Shown here piece by piece: positions 27,357-39,430 of a stretch of 64,000 nucleotides of DNA. Source of the DNA: Mobula birostris. Lineage: Eukaryota. Made by a program: the position numbers and the translations under genes. Location of the stretch: the NCBI RefSeq assembly GCF_030028105.1, contig NC_092382.1:100952699-101016698 (forward strand). The letters are read 5' to 3'. Below the pieces are notes generated by a model. That model worked only from the letters and a program-made list of their open reading frames with translations, did no database searches and had not been told where the DNA came from. The stretch's first letter is position 1, and every line of letters starts with the position of its first letter.

Positions 27357-28267
27357 ATGTTTCTGTTACTCGCCCTGGCGCCGTTGCTTCAACGTAAGAA
27401 ACAATCCAACTCAATAATTAATCTTTAATCCTTAACTAGGTTCGGCCAGTTTGCTATTGGAAAGATGTTAAACTCGAACGAGTGCGGGGAAGTTTTCGCA
27501 GTATTTTGCCAGTCTCTGCGTTCCCGAGATACAAGGAGAGGTTCCTTCGACTAGGATTTCATTCCCAGGGTAGCCGAAGATAAGGGATGGAGTTAAAGCG
27601 GGAGGGGAACGGGTACTTAAAACGTGACGGAACGGGTTTATTATGGGAGAGGAATAATTAAAGCGGATATCAGCGGATGACGACTCGTTCGAAGCAGCTG
27701 CCTGAAATACTGGCGGACATAGTGGGAAAGTTTAAACTTCATCTACTTACACATGAGTTCTTGGATTAGAAGGTTTACGGGTCTTTTGACCTGGCACCCG
27801 AAGATGGGACGAGCTCGGCGGTAAACAATGTCGGTATGAACGAGTTTCCATTCCATATCCCTCAGTGACGTTCGTTTTCCCCGACATTCCGCCCTCCTCT
27901 TTAACAAATGATCCACGTACTCGGGTTTTCCGGTTCATTTAACTCTCTTCACTTCCCGTTCACTTCCTCAGGTGCGACGTCGCAGTCCGTTCGTCAGGAC
28001 ACGCCGGCTCTCTCCAAATCTCCCGGCGAGAGCGTGGAGCTGAAATGCATCCTGGACGGCGGTAGCGCTAGCAATTACCTCTACTGGTACCGACAGTATC
28101 CGGGAAAAGAGATACAGAACCTGTTTTACTCCGTGGGTACCACGGCAATTCCGGAGGAGGGTGTGGACGGCTTCACCGCCCGGACACCCGATGCAAACAC
28201 GTTCATTCTCAACTCCACCAGCCTGCACCCGGACCAGTCGGCCGTCTACTACTGCGCCTGGAGTCCT
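27357..28267 (+). CDS. TRBV: TCR beta V segment V9 (family A, subgroup A2); leader 27357-27393, V exon 27972-28267
   Basis: Leader MFLLLALAPLLQ; exon open, CDR2 one codon shorter (LFYSVGTTAIPEEGV), ending YYCAWSP. RSS is CACAGTG 28268-28274, 23 nt, ACAAAAACC 28298-28306. Confidence 0.9.
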
Positions 28268-30085
28268 CACAGTGGCTCAGAGACAAGCCGGGGCCCGACA
28301 AAAACCTTCGCAGTCGACAGGAAGCAGGTGATGTGTGAGAACCATTGATCTGCATTGCACTGAACACGCACAAGATTGTTGAAAAACATGTGCAAGGCAT
28401 CATTAACAAGTCTGCAGGTAACACTGAGAAGCAGTGGTATCGTTCCAGATTAATTCGGGGTGCGAGGATCAAAATGACCTATCGAGCTGTTTCCAAATGA
28501 CGAGACAGTGAATTGAGGAAACGGATCCTCACATGGGAGCGGTGAAGAGTCCGAGGCGGCGCGGTAGAGGAGCGTAGCGGGTAACGTGAGGATATTAACG
28601 CGCTCGCATTCAGTTCCGCCGTGACTTTCTGGGCTTCCTCCGGTTTTCCCACGTATTCGCAAACCTTCGTGGATTATAACGACTGACTGAGACTGTTTGA
28701 TCAAAGTGAACATCAATTCTGGGGCCGGGCAGAACAAGAGAAGCTGGAGACAGGCGCAGAAGTTTTGGGAAGTTAGAACGGGATATGATTTTCACCGTGA
28801 ATGTTGGAGAACTGGCGAGCATTGTAGAACAGAGAGACCGTGGAGCAGAGGTAAATGCTTCCAGGAAAGTGGAGTCACGTGCAGACAGGTCGACGAGGAA
28901 AGCATTTGACACGCAGACCCTCGTCAGTCAGGGCACTGAGTACGGGAGTCGGGAGGTCAATTTGCAGTTGTACAAGACGTCGGTGAGGCCGCACTCGGAG
29001 GACGGTGTTCATGTTTGGTCGTCCTGCTGTAGGGAAAGATGCCACTGAGCTGGAAAGACTGCAGAGGGAGATTTACGAGGATGTTGCCTGGTCTCGAAGG
29101 ACTACGTTATGTAAAAAGATTGGGCCAGGGTTGATCTTACACAGGTGTATAAAACCAGGAGGGTCTCAGATAGTGTGAATGTGCCCCCGTACCCGGGTAG
29201 GATGTGTCGTAAATCAAGAACTAGAGAGCACGGTTTTGAAATTAGGAAGAGATTCAAGCGTGGAGCCGAGACATCTTTTCTCCTGGAAAGTGGTCCGTGT
29301 ATGGAACGACTTGCAGAGGAGGGTATTGAGGCGGCCTCAAGGACGCAGTTCAAAGAGACAGAGATAAGTTCGCTTCAACCGTACAAGACTTTAATGATCT
29401 TGTACCTGGAATCCCTGTGCACTTCCGGCTAACCTGCAACAGGAAATACGTCATTCAGCTGGAAAACCCGGAAGAATGTTTTAGCAGGAAGGTGCCAGGA
29501 CTCGACGGACTAAGTTAATTGGAGAGGTGGTGATATAGAACTCTATCGATTGCGGAATTGTAAACTCGATACTGATAACTCAAAAGACGCATGAAAAAAA
29601 TCGTGAGATGCACAGGGACCGTGAATGCTAAGGCATTAAAACATTACAACGCATCGGTTCACTATGAGATGGGAGCGACCCAAAAAGGGTCTGAAGGGGC
29701 CATTTTTAACGCAGGTGCTGGCAAGTATATGGAACGAGAGGCCAACAGAAATGGGAGAGACGGGTACATCCTGGGGACACTTTGTTCCTCCCCAGCTAGG
29801 CCCAGGGATCCCTTCTCAGATGTCATCAGGTCTGCTGAGAGTTCTCGACCACATCCCGATTTTAGGGTCCCGGATTCCTGCAGTACAGACGTAGCCCATC
29901 ATTTTCTGCATTGTACTGTTCCATCTTGTACGTTCCTCCGTGACCGAGCGTGCGAATTCTACGTGTGACGTAATCGCCACAACAAACGTCATTTTCTAGC
30001 TCCAGCTACGCCTTGTCGACGGTGAAACAGTCCTTATCTTCCCCCGCCGTGACGCAGGAATGTCAGATGCACAGGAGACATGGGA

Positions 30086-30842
30086 TGTTGGGATCTTATC
30101 AACCGTGCGCGCTGCGAGATGAACCCACCTGGAGTCTGAGTCTCTCGTTATAAACACTATTTTATTAATCATTACGTGATAAGGTAATATAAAACCAGAC
30201 AAGGCAAACAGGTTAGCAGAGTAGTTGCATATATAAGTATGTAAATAAAGTTCCCAAACTTCTCCCAGCTCAGGTGATCAATGATACGGTCTTACGATGG
30301 TATAGGCAAAGTCAGTTCAGTTCTGGATATTGAATTGAGTAGAGTGGAGAGAGAGATGTTTTGTCTTCCCAGAGACGATGCCGTCGAGTCTTCCACGTCG
30401 TCCCCCTGCTCCCGAAACATCTGAAACTCACCGACTGTGACCACACAGAAGAGAACACCGTTTTCACCCGGTACAGCTATCAACCCAGGCGAGGGTTAAA
30501 CACACCGATAGCTATCCACCGGTCACCCCTTTGTCCACACTGTGAGCAAAATCCCGACCTTTGTCGTTGGCACACAAACCCAACCAGTGTCAGTGTCTTC
30601 CGGGTCTCTGGTGTGCCTGATTACAAAGCCAGCTCACCTTGTATATATTCCACCGCAGCTGAACACCGGCTGTCCATCATGTAGCTCCGCCTTGCCGTTT
30701 CCAAGGCAACTCAGAGGTTTCTGTTGCTCTTTCACTCACGCGCGCTCTCCGCTCTCTCTCCCTTCTTAAATGAACCGTCCATATTGAATAATCCTTCAGA
30801 TCTCGTCTCAGGAGTGACCAAATAATTCACGGGGATGCAACA
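30086..30842 (-). mobile_element. Probable solo LTR (757 bp)
   Basis: Single-copy insert bounded by TGTTG...CAACA inverted termini, with AATAAA ~80 nt before the minus-strand 3' end. No matching TSD found. Confidence 0.45.
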
Positions 30843-31526
30843 TAACCTCCCGACCTTTGATGGCTCTGGGTCTGGACTCGCTTGTGGTTGTTTGAATGAG
30901 GTGGGATCTAATTTAAATCTATCTAATATTGAAAGGCCGAGGTAGAGAGGACCTGAAGAGGAACTCTCCCATCATGTCGGAGTCTAGGATCAGAGGGCAC
31001 AGCCTCACTATGGAGGGACGTCCCTAAGGGATGTAGATGAAGCGGGTTTCATTTAACGAGAGGGTAATGGATCAGTGGAATTCTTTGCCTCCAGATGGCT
31101 GTGGATGCCGTAATGGTATATATCTATGGTGGAATTTGATAGGTTCTTAGTTAGGGCATCAAAGTTTATGGGGAGGAGGCAGAGGAACGGGGTTGAGAGG
31201 GAAGTAAATCACTCCTGTTGGAACGGTGGAACAGACTGGATTGGCCGAATGGCCTTTGACCTTATGTCTGCTTGCCTTATGGCCTTTTACATGCAGGACC
31301 CGTCGGTTTATTACTTCTCTGCTCCATTCACCTCCTTCCCGTTGGCCGGTCTTAGCAGATGGGCTTAGCTGAATTTACATTTCCTGTACTCGAAATTTCC
31401 TCTGCGGTCAACCATACGACTTTTGCGCGTGACGTGACCACAGCGGCAAACGTCATTTCCTGTTCTCCCCACCTTGTCGACGGTGGAGGTTTTTGTCGCG
31501 TCGGCCCATTTCTCCCAGTCACTGTG

Positions 31527-32221
31527 TCAGCTCCAGGCGCAGAGGTACAGGGCCGATTGATTGGCCCAGATCTTGTCGGTTGTCAAATTCAAAGTCATTT
31601 CCTCAGGCCTCTTGGCGATGAATCTCTCCACGGTTTTGCCCGGAGTTGCAAAGTTCGTGCCAGCAGATTCGAACAGGTACTGTGGAGCGTATTGCCGGTA
31701 CGAGTACATGTATGGATCGCTACTGCCTCCGGATAGCGTGCAGCTCAGTTGGACATACTTCCCTGGAGGCGCGGAGACAGCCTGCGGAGTCTGATGGATC
31801 TTCTGCGAATTCGCCTGTGGCACAAGGAAAGGGCGAAGAGAACAGCAGTGAGCATGGGGGGCCGGAGAGGGATATGAAAAGAAATGGTTAACGAGGGGTG
31901 AATGAGGGAAAGCAGAGGGACGACCTCGCAAAAGAGCAGCAGCGGTCCATTCGGTCCGCAACTACTTGCTAGCCCCTGCTTAGATGTAGATGTAGACTGG
32001 CCAAGGCATTATTTATTTCTCAAGCTACTCTTGAAGCCAATAAACATTTTACTGTGCTGAAATATCAAATATTCAGGCGATGATGGAATTGGATCGAAAT
32101 GTAAATCTTAAAGAGTTGTGGAATTCAAGATATCCTTGGCTGAAAGGTCGAGTATTCGAGGTGAAATTTACTTACCGGGGTAGTTGAAAATAATACCCAG
32201 AAAAAGGGCGAGGAATCTCAT
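31527..32221 (-). pseudogene. TRBV: TRBV pseudogene V10 (family B); leader 32221-32176, exon ~31816-31527
   Basis: The acceptor AG is shifted 2 nt (GCCAG/AC to GCCACAG/), putting the exon out of phase. The conserved Trp of WYRQ has become Ser, FR2 has a 9-nt deletion, and a TGA sits just before the heptamer. RSS is still consensus (31526-31520, 31496-31488). Confidence 0.85.
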
Positions 32222-32754
32222 TTTGGGGCCTTGGCTGCCGTGTGTGGGCCCAACGTGCGCTCTTCTCTCAGTGTCTGATCTCAGTGGACGAGCAGAATCG
32301 CGGAGTGAGTGAGCTGGATGAGCTCTCAGTCCAGCCCCCACCCGATCGACGCAGGATGTGGGCTGTGGCCAAGGGCAGGCAACGTCAGCGAACGCGTGAT
32401 GTGATTGGCTAGACGTCGTCCAATGATCTGCGGAGAATGCGAATGGGCGTGACGTTGTTTCAAAGGCGTGGCGCTCCTTGTGCTTGTTCGCCGCTCGGAT
32501 GCCGATAGTGTAAATACAAACAGGGTTTATCCACTGAGGTTGGGTGAGACAACAACCCGTAGTGACGTAGAGACGAAAATCGGGATGAGAGGGAAGAGAT
32601 GAGAGCGAGAACGAAAAGGGAGCGAAAGTACGAGATGCTGCGAGAGAGCTACTGAAGACAGCAAATGCTTGTTCTCGGCCAAACCCACCGGCAGCTGTTT
32701 CCTGTCACGTTAGAAGTTTTTTGTTGAGCGTCGCTGTGTCCCTGAGTTACTGTG

Positions 32755-33446
32755 AAGACTCCACCCGCAGAAGTAGACGGCCGAGTGGTTCGGCAGCACG
32801 CCGGGAGAGGTCAGAATGAACGTCTCGGCACCCGGTCTCCGGGCGGTGAATCCGTCCACGGCCTCCTGAGGATAGAGAGTGTTGGCAGCCCCGGAGTAAA
32901 AGAGGTTGTGAATCTCCTTCCCGGGGTTTTGTCTGTACCAGTAGAAGGCGTTACCGCTGCTGCTGCCCTTTCTGAGGCACCTCAGAGCCACGCTTTCCCA
33001 GCAAGCTTTCTGAGGGCCGGAGGCGTATGAACGATGGCCTGCGGGCTCACACCTGGAAGAGAGGCGGGGAGAAGGGCAAGGTCAATAATCTGTAGGACGG
33101 GAGGAGTTTGGTGAAAAATTAGGAGCGGGTCTAGTGTCGGGTTATACGGACCATCTAGAGAGAGAGAGAAATTGGCAGAGTGTACTGCCAGAGAATGAGA
33201 AGTGATGACGACATCAAGTCGATAACGAGGATAAAAGAAGAGTAAAACATGTTTAGTGATTGAAATGCAAGAACAAAAAACGCAATAGTGGACAGAAAAT
33301 AGAAACGGCGGAAAGACAGGGCGTTGAAAAGGTGAGGGAGGTGAAGGCAAGCAAAGGGAAGGGAATAGGTGGACGGTTGCTTAATTGTTAAAAGAGGTCG
33401 ACATTTTACCCTGAAGCCAGATTATCAGCTCGAGCAGCAGCGGCAT
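32755..33446 (-). pseudogene. TRBV: TRBV pseudogene V11 (family C); leader 33446-33410, exon 33052-32755
   Basis: The exon is 298 nt versus 299 in V3, with one G missing from a G run in FR1, giving ..AGKAWL*. RSS is CACAGTA 32754-32748, 23 nt, ACAAAAAAC 32724-32716. The frameshift could be a homopolymer sequencing error. Confidence 0.75.
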
Positions 33447-35390
33447 TTTTCACTCGAAGGTTCGCTTCACGATTTCCAGAGTGAAATGAGTTAGGCTGGG
33501 AGGTCCCGCCCCTTCCCCCCTTGATGGACGGACGTCCCCACGCTGCTATTGGCCGATATCTTCCACCCTTTCTGAAGAGCAGGGATGGGGTGGGCGGAAT
33601 TGAGCAGAGGGAGAGGCTGCGCTCTACGTCATTTCCCCCGGACCCAGTCGTCTCTGAGATTGGCCAAGAGTTTCTCTGAGGAACTACATGGCCGTTCGGG
33701 ATTTGAGGAGCAGAATTATTTTGACTTTTCTGTCTCAGATCAGCAAGAAAAGAAAGAAAGCACATCCCCAAGAGTCCATGAATTAACGGTCAGAGGTGTT
33801 TCTCAGGCAGATAAGGACGGAGAGGAAGAAACAGAGAGAAGACAGAGATAAGGAGACAGAGACAGAGAGAGAGAGACAGAGAGGGACAGAGAGAGAGCAG
33901 GCAGAGGGACAGAGAGAGTGTGTGAGTGCAGAGAGAGAGGAGAGAGGGAGATTGAGAGAGAGAGAGAGCTGCGACTTTAATGCCATCAGTATTCTAAAGG
34001 AAAATATAAAACACACGCTTGGCAAAAACTCTTACACAGGAAACTAGGTGTGAACACCGCGTCTGAAAGGAATACCCAAAATATAAATCAAACTCTGCTC
34101 GTCCTCGGAGTCAGTCCATTGTTCTGAGGGAAGGCCGAATGCAAGCCGACATCATAACTTTGCTGTGCTTTGCTCAAGTGTCGAGAAGTTTTTGACTGAA
34201 GGACAGAATGCGTTGAGGGACAGGTGCACACTGGATAGGGACTAATCAGAAATCCTCTTTGAGAAGCCGTGGATGTCCTTCATTACCTGGTAGATGGTGC
34301 GATAGCGCCCCCCCCCCCCCCCCCCCGCTGGACGGATGGATAAAATAAAATAAATCTACAACACGTGCTCCCCCACTGGAGAAACAGAGCAGCAGGAGAC
34401 AGACACTGGTTGACTGACTAACCCAAATTTCATGTTTTCAATGCCCTCTGCTCCATGCGTCAAGTCCTGGGCTCATATTACGGAATTCCGGAATGACAGA
34501 TCCGTTCTTCCGCTCTGGATGCGAACCCGCAAAGTCAGCCCAAACTGGTCCTTAATCAGCGATATCAGCCACAGACGGAGACCAGCGACCCCTCGCTTCA
34601 TGAAATTGGTCCATGACATAAAAAAAAAGGTTGGAAATCCAGCCCGGGACCAACTATACTGACTTGCATTTAAAGGTCTTCTCCGCTGATTCCACGCTCC
34701 AGATGCCTCTCCTTTCTGATTACGTCACCCTCTGCTCCTCCTACAACTCCAGCCCCACGTCTCCAGGCGACCAGGCCGCTAATCTCAAAGGGAGGGTTGG
34801 TGAATCATTATCAGAACCGGAAACCGGGTTATTTCCAATGGTACATATCGTAAAATATATTGTGCAATAACTCAAATATATGATAAATTACAGTAAATGT
34901 AAATAAATACACAAATAAATTAAAAAACAGACGACTGCGCAGACAATAGGTAGCACTCAAATATACAAATAGACTAAAATGGAATTTAATAAATAGTTAG
35001 ATTAAAACAGATGTACGCTTAAACAGATTGTGCTGCACACACACAGACAAACAATGTGGGGCAAACAAGAGAGGGAAAAAACACTGAGGTGGTGTTCATG
35101 GGTTCATGTGCCGATCAGAAATCTGATGGCGGAGGGGTAGAGGATGTTCCCGAATCGTTGAGTGTGGGTCCCCAGTCTCCCGCACCTCCCCCTTGATGAT
35201 AGTAATAAGGACAGGGCATGTCCTGGGTGTTGGGGGTCGACAATGATTGATGCTGCCTTACTGAGGTTTCGTCTGTTGAAGATGTCCTCGATGCCGGGGG
35301 CGGGGGTGCTACTGTTCATGAGGGAGCTGGTTGAGTTTACTACCCGCTAAAGACCTGAAAGTCTCCAGATGCTGTGTATCCGAATCTACA

Positions 35391-35425
<35 letters not shown>

Positions 35426-35620
35426 TGTTGTAAGAACTCAGCCGGTCTGGGCGCAGATAAGGAAATATCGTTTCGGGCGTTGACTCGCCTCCTTCCGCAT
35501 TTCCCGTGTTCCGGATTGGTGACGCAGGCAGCAATGTGCCCGGAAGGGGCGCGGCCCTGATGCGGCGTTTTCTCCCCAGTCGCTGCCTCTCACAACACAG
35601 AGAAGGTTTCCGGAGAGACG

Positions 35621-36538
35621 ATGTTGCTGTTCCTCGCCCTGGCGCCGTTGCTTCAACGTAGGAAACAATCTAACTCAATAATTAATCTTTAATCCTTAAA
35701 TAGGATCGGCCACTTTGCTATTGGAAAGATGTTAAATTAGAACGAGAGCGGGGAAGTTTTCGCAGAATTTTGCCAGCATCTGCGTGGCCCGAGGTACAAG
35801 GAGAGGTTCCTTTGACTAGGATTTGATTTCGGGGGTAGCCGAAGATAAGTGATGGAGTTAAAGCGGGAGGGGAACGGGTACTTAAAACGGGACGGAACGG
35901 GTTTATTATGGGAGAGGACTAATTATAGCGGACATCTGCGGATGATGACTCGTATCGAAGCAGCTGCCTGAAATACTGGCGGACATATTGGGGAAGTTTA
36001 AACTTCATCTACTTACACATGAGTTCTTGGATTAGAGAGGTTTACGGGTCTTTTGACCGGACAGCCTTAGATAGGACGAGCTCGGCCATAAATATTATCG
36101 GTGTGAACCAGTTTCCATTTCATATACCCGAATGACGTTCATTTTCCCCGACATCCCGCCTTCCACTTTAACAAATGATCCCACGTACTTGGGTTTTCCG
36201 GTTCATTTAACTCTCTTCACTTCCTGTTCCCTTCCTCAGGTGCGACGTCGCAGTCCGTTCGCCAGGACACGCCGGCTCTCTCCAAATCTCCCGGCGAGAG
36301 CGTGGAGCTGAAATGCATCCTGGACGGCGGTAGCGCTGGCAATTATCTCTACTGGTACAGACAATATCCGGGTAGGGAGATTCAGAACATGTTTTATTCC
36401 GGGTATACCGACCACGTAAATCCGGAGGAGGCTGTGGACGGCTTCACCGCCCGGAGACCCGATGCAAACACGTTCATTCTCAACTCCACCAGCCTGCACC
36501 CGGACCAGTCGGCCGTCTACTACTGCGCCTGGAGTCCT
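35621..36538 (+). CDS. TRBV: TCR beta V segment V12 (family A, subgroup A2); leader 35621-35657, V exon 36240-36538
   Basis: Open spliced frame ending YYCAWSP. RSS is CACAGTG 36539-36545, 23 nt, ACAAAAACC 36569-36577. Confidence 0.9.
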
Positions 36539-38734
36539 CACAGTGGCTCAGAGACACGCCGGGGCCCGACAAAAACCTTCGCAGGCGACAGGAAGCAGGT
36601 GATGTGTGAGAACCATTGATCTGCATTGCACTGAACACGCACAGGATTGTTGAAAAACACGTGCAAGGCATCATTGGCAAATCTGTCAGTGACACTGAGA
36701 AACAGAGGGATCTTTCCAGGTTAACTCGTGGTGCGAGGATCAAAACGACCTATCGAGCTGTTTCCAAATGACGAGACAGTGAATTGAGTAAACGGATCCT
36801 CACTTGGGAGTGGTGAATAATTTCGGGCCGGCGCGGTAGAGGAGCGTAGCGGGTAACGTGAGGATATTACAGCGCTCGCATTCAGTTCCGCCGTAACCGT
36901 GTGGGTTTCTTCCGGTTTTCCCACATATTCGCAAACATTCGTACATTACATAGTGAACCTCAACTACGGGGTCGGACAAAATAAGAGAAGCTGGAGAAAC
37001 GGGCAGAGGTTTTGTGAAGTTAGAACGGGATATGATTTTCACAGTGAAAGTTCGAGAACTGGGAAGTGTTGTAGAACAGAGGGACCATGGAGTACACGTA
37101 AACGGTTCAAGGAAGGTGGGGTCACAGGGAGACAGGGCAGTGAAGAAGGCATTCGGCACGGCAGCTTTCATCAGCCAGGACACTGAGTACGGGAGTATGG
37201 TCACGTCTCAGTTGTACAAGCCTTCGGCGAGGCCGCACCTGGAGTACGGTGTTCGGTTTTGGTCGCCCTGCTGTAGGAAAGATGCTATTGAGCTGGGAAG
37301 AGTGCAGAGGGAGATTTACGAAGTTGATGCCGGGACCCGAGGCACTGAGCTATGGAGATGGGTCCGGCAAGTTGGGACTTTGGAACGTCGGAGGGACCAT
37401 ACTGAAATGTCTAAAACCACGAGGGGGCACAGACAGGGTGTGCACGCACAGTCTTTTCCCCAGGGTGGCGGAATGAAGAATCAGAGGGCACAGATTGAAG
37501 GTGACAGGGGGAAGATTTAATGTGTCCCCGAGTGGAGTGGAAGCTGATGAGCTCGGTTCCCTGGAAAATGAGTTCACGCAGACCGGGTCGTTTGACACGC
37601 CGTACTGCAAACGGACAGCTATTTGGTGAAGTTGCACCTGGAGTATTGTGTGCACTGCCGGTATCCTGTAACAGGAAGTACGTCATTAATCCAGAAACTT
37701 CGCAAAGGAGTTGTATAAGAAGGATGTCAGGAAGCATGCGTCACATTTTCCCTTCTTCTTCCCCAGGCATTTTGTCAGATCGCTTCTCAGATGCTCTCAG
37801 GTCCGCAGAGAATTTCCGAGCGCGTCCCGATTTTAGTGTCACAGAGCACAGAAACAGCCCATCCTATGTTTCCTTTGGTGTGAGAGTCTAAGATCAGAGG
37901 GCACAGCTTCAGAACAGAGGGGCGTCCCCTGTGGAAAGGAGTTGAGAAGAATTCCGCAGCCAGGGAATGGTGAATCTGTGGGATTATTTGCCACACGCAT
38001 CTGTGGAGGACGAGTGTTTTTCTATATTTGAGGCGGAGGTTCAAAGATCCTTGTTTGGTCAGGGCTATGAAGGGATACAGGCAAAAGACAGGAGACGGAA
38101 AGTGGATGAGGCATGATGAAATGGCGGAGTAGACTCGGAAGGTAAGATGGCCTAATTCCGCTCCTATATCTCATGGTGTTATGGTCTAAACAAGATCGCA
38201 TCTGTGGAAAGGAGTTAAACAGTCGACGTTTTACGCCAAGGCCATTCAGAAGGGCTGGAGAAAAAAAGATGAGGAGACAGAATAACGGGTGTTGGGGGCA
38301 GAATGAGAAATCGCAAGATGACTGGTGAAATCGGGAGGGGGAGGGGTCATGGTGACGTATTGAGTTGGGAGGTTGGTTGGTGAAAGAGATACAGTCTTGG
38401 AGAAGGGGCATCTAACAGGAGAAGACAGATAGCCATGGAAGAATGAAAAAATCGATGCTCATACCATCAGGTTTCCCAGTCTAACAGTGCTCGTCCAAGA
38501 TGTGCGGCGCACGTTCGTTTACAGAGAGTCGTACATAAATAAACAGGGAACAATGGATCATGGCTCTGATGCTAATGAGCTGAGCTTAATAGTACATTCC
38601 ACTGCGGTCAATATCGCGACTTTACGTGTGACGTGAACGCAACAGCAAAAGTCATTTCCTATTCTCTCCTCCAGCTCCTCCTTGCCGACGGGAGAGGGTT
38701 TTGTCGCGACTACACGTTTCTCTCAGTCACTGTG

Positions 38735-39430
38735 TCGACTCCAGGCGCAGAGGTACACGGTCGAGTGAATCGCCCTGAGATTGTCGGTTCACAGAATGAA
38801 GGTCTTCTCCTCAGGTCTCTCGGCGATGAATCCTTTGTCCGGAGTTACTGTATTCGTGTCAGCGGAGTAGAACAGGTACCGTGGAGCTTCTCCCGCGTAT
38901 TGCCGGTACCAGTGCATGTATGGGTTGCTAATGCCTCCGGATAGCGTGCAGCTCAGTTGGACATCCTTCCCTGGAGGCGCGGAGACAGCCTGCGGAGTCT
39001 GATGGATCTTCTGCGAATTTGCCTCTGACCCAAAGACAGGCAGAAGAGAACGGTCAGTGAGTAGGGGGAGCCTGAGACAGAGGAGAGAAGAAATGGTTAA
39101 CGAGGGGTGAGTGAGGGAAAGCAGAGGGACGATTGCACACAAGAGCAATAGTCGTGCATTCGGTCCTCGACTACTTGCTCGCCTTTGCGTAGCTGTAGAT
39201 GTATTTTGGCCAACGCAATATCCATCTCTCAAAGTACTCTTGAAGAAAATAAGCATTTTACAGTACTGTTATAACAAATATTCAGGCGGGAATGGAATTG
39301 GATCGAAATGTAATTCTTATAGAGTTGCGGATTTCAAGATATCGTTGGCTGAAAGGTCGAGTATTCGAGGTGAGATTTACTTACCGGGATAGTTGAAAAT
39401 AAAACCCAGAAAAAGGGCGAGTAATCTCAT
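38735..39430 (-). pseudogene. TRBV: TRBV pseudogene V13 (family B); leader 39430-39385, exon 39024-38735
   Basis: In-frame TGA in FR3 (KTFIL*TDNL) and a 9-nt deletion after CDR2. RSS is CACAGTG 38734-38728, 23 nt, ACAAAACCC 38704-38696. Confidence 0.88.
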
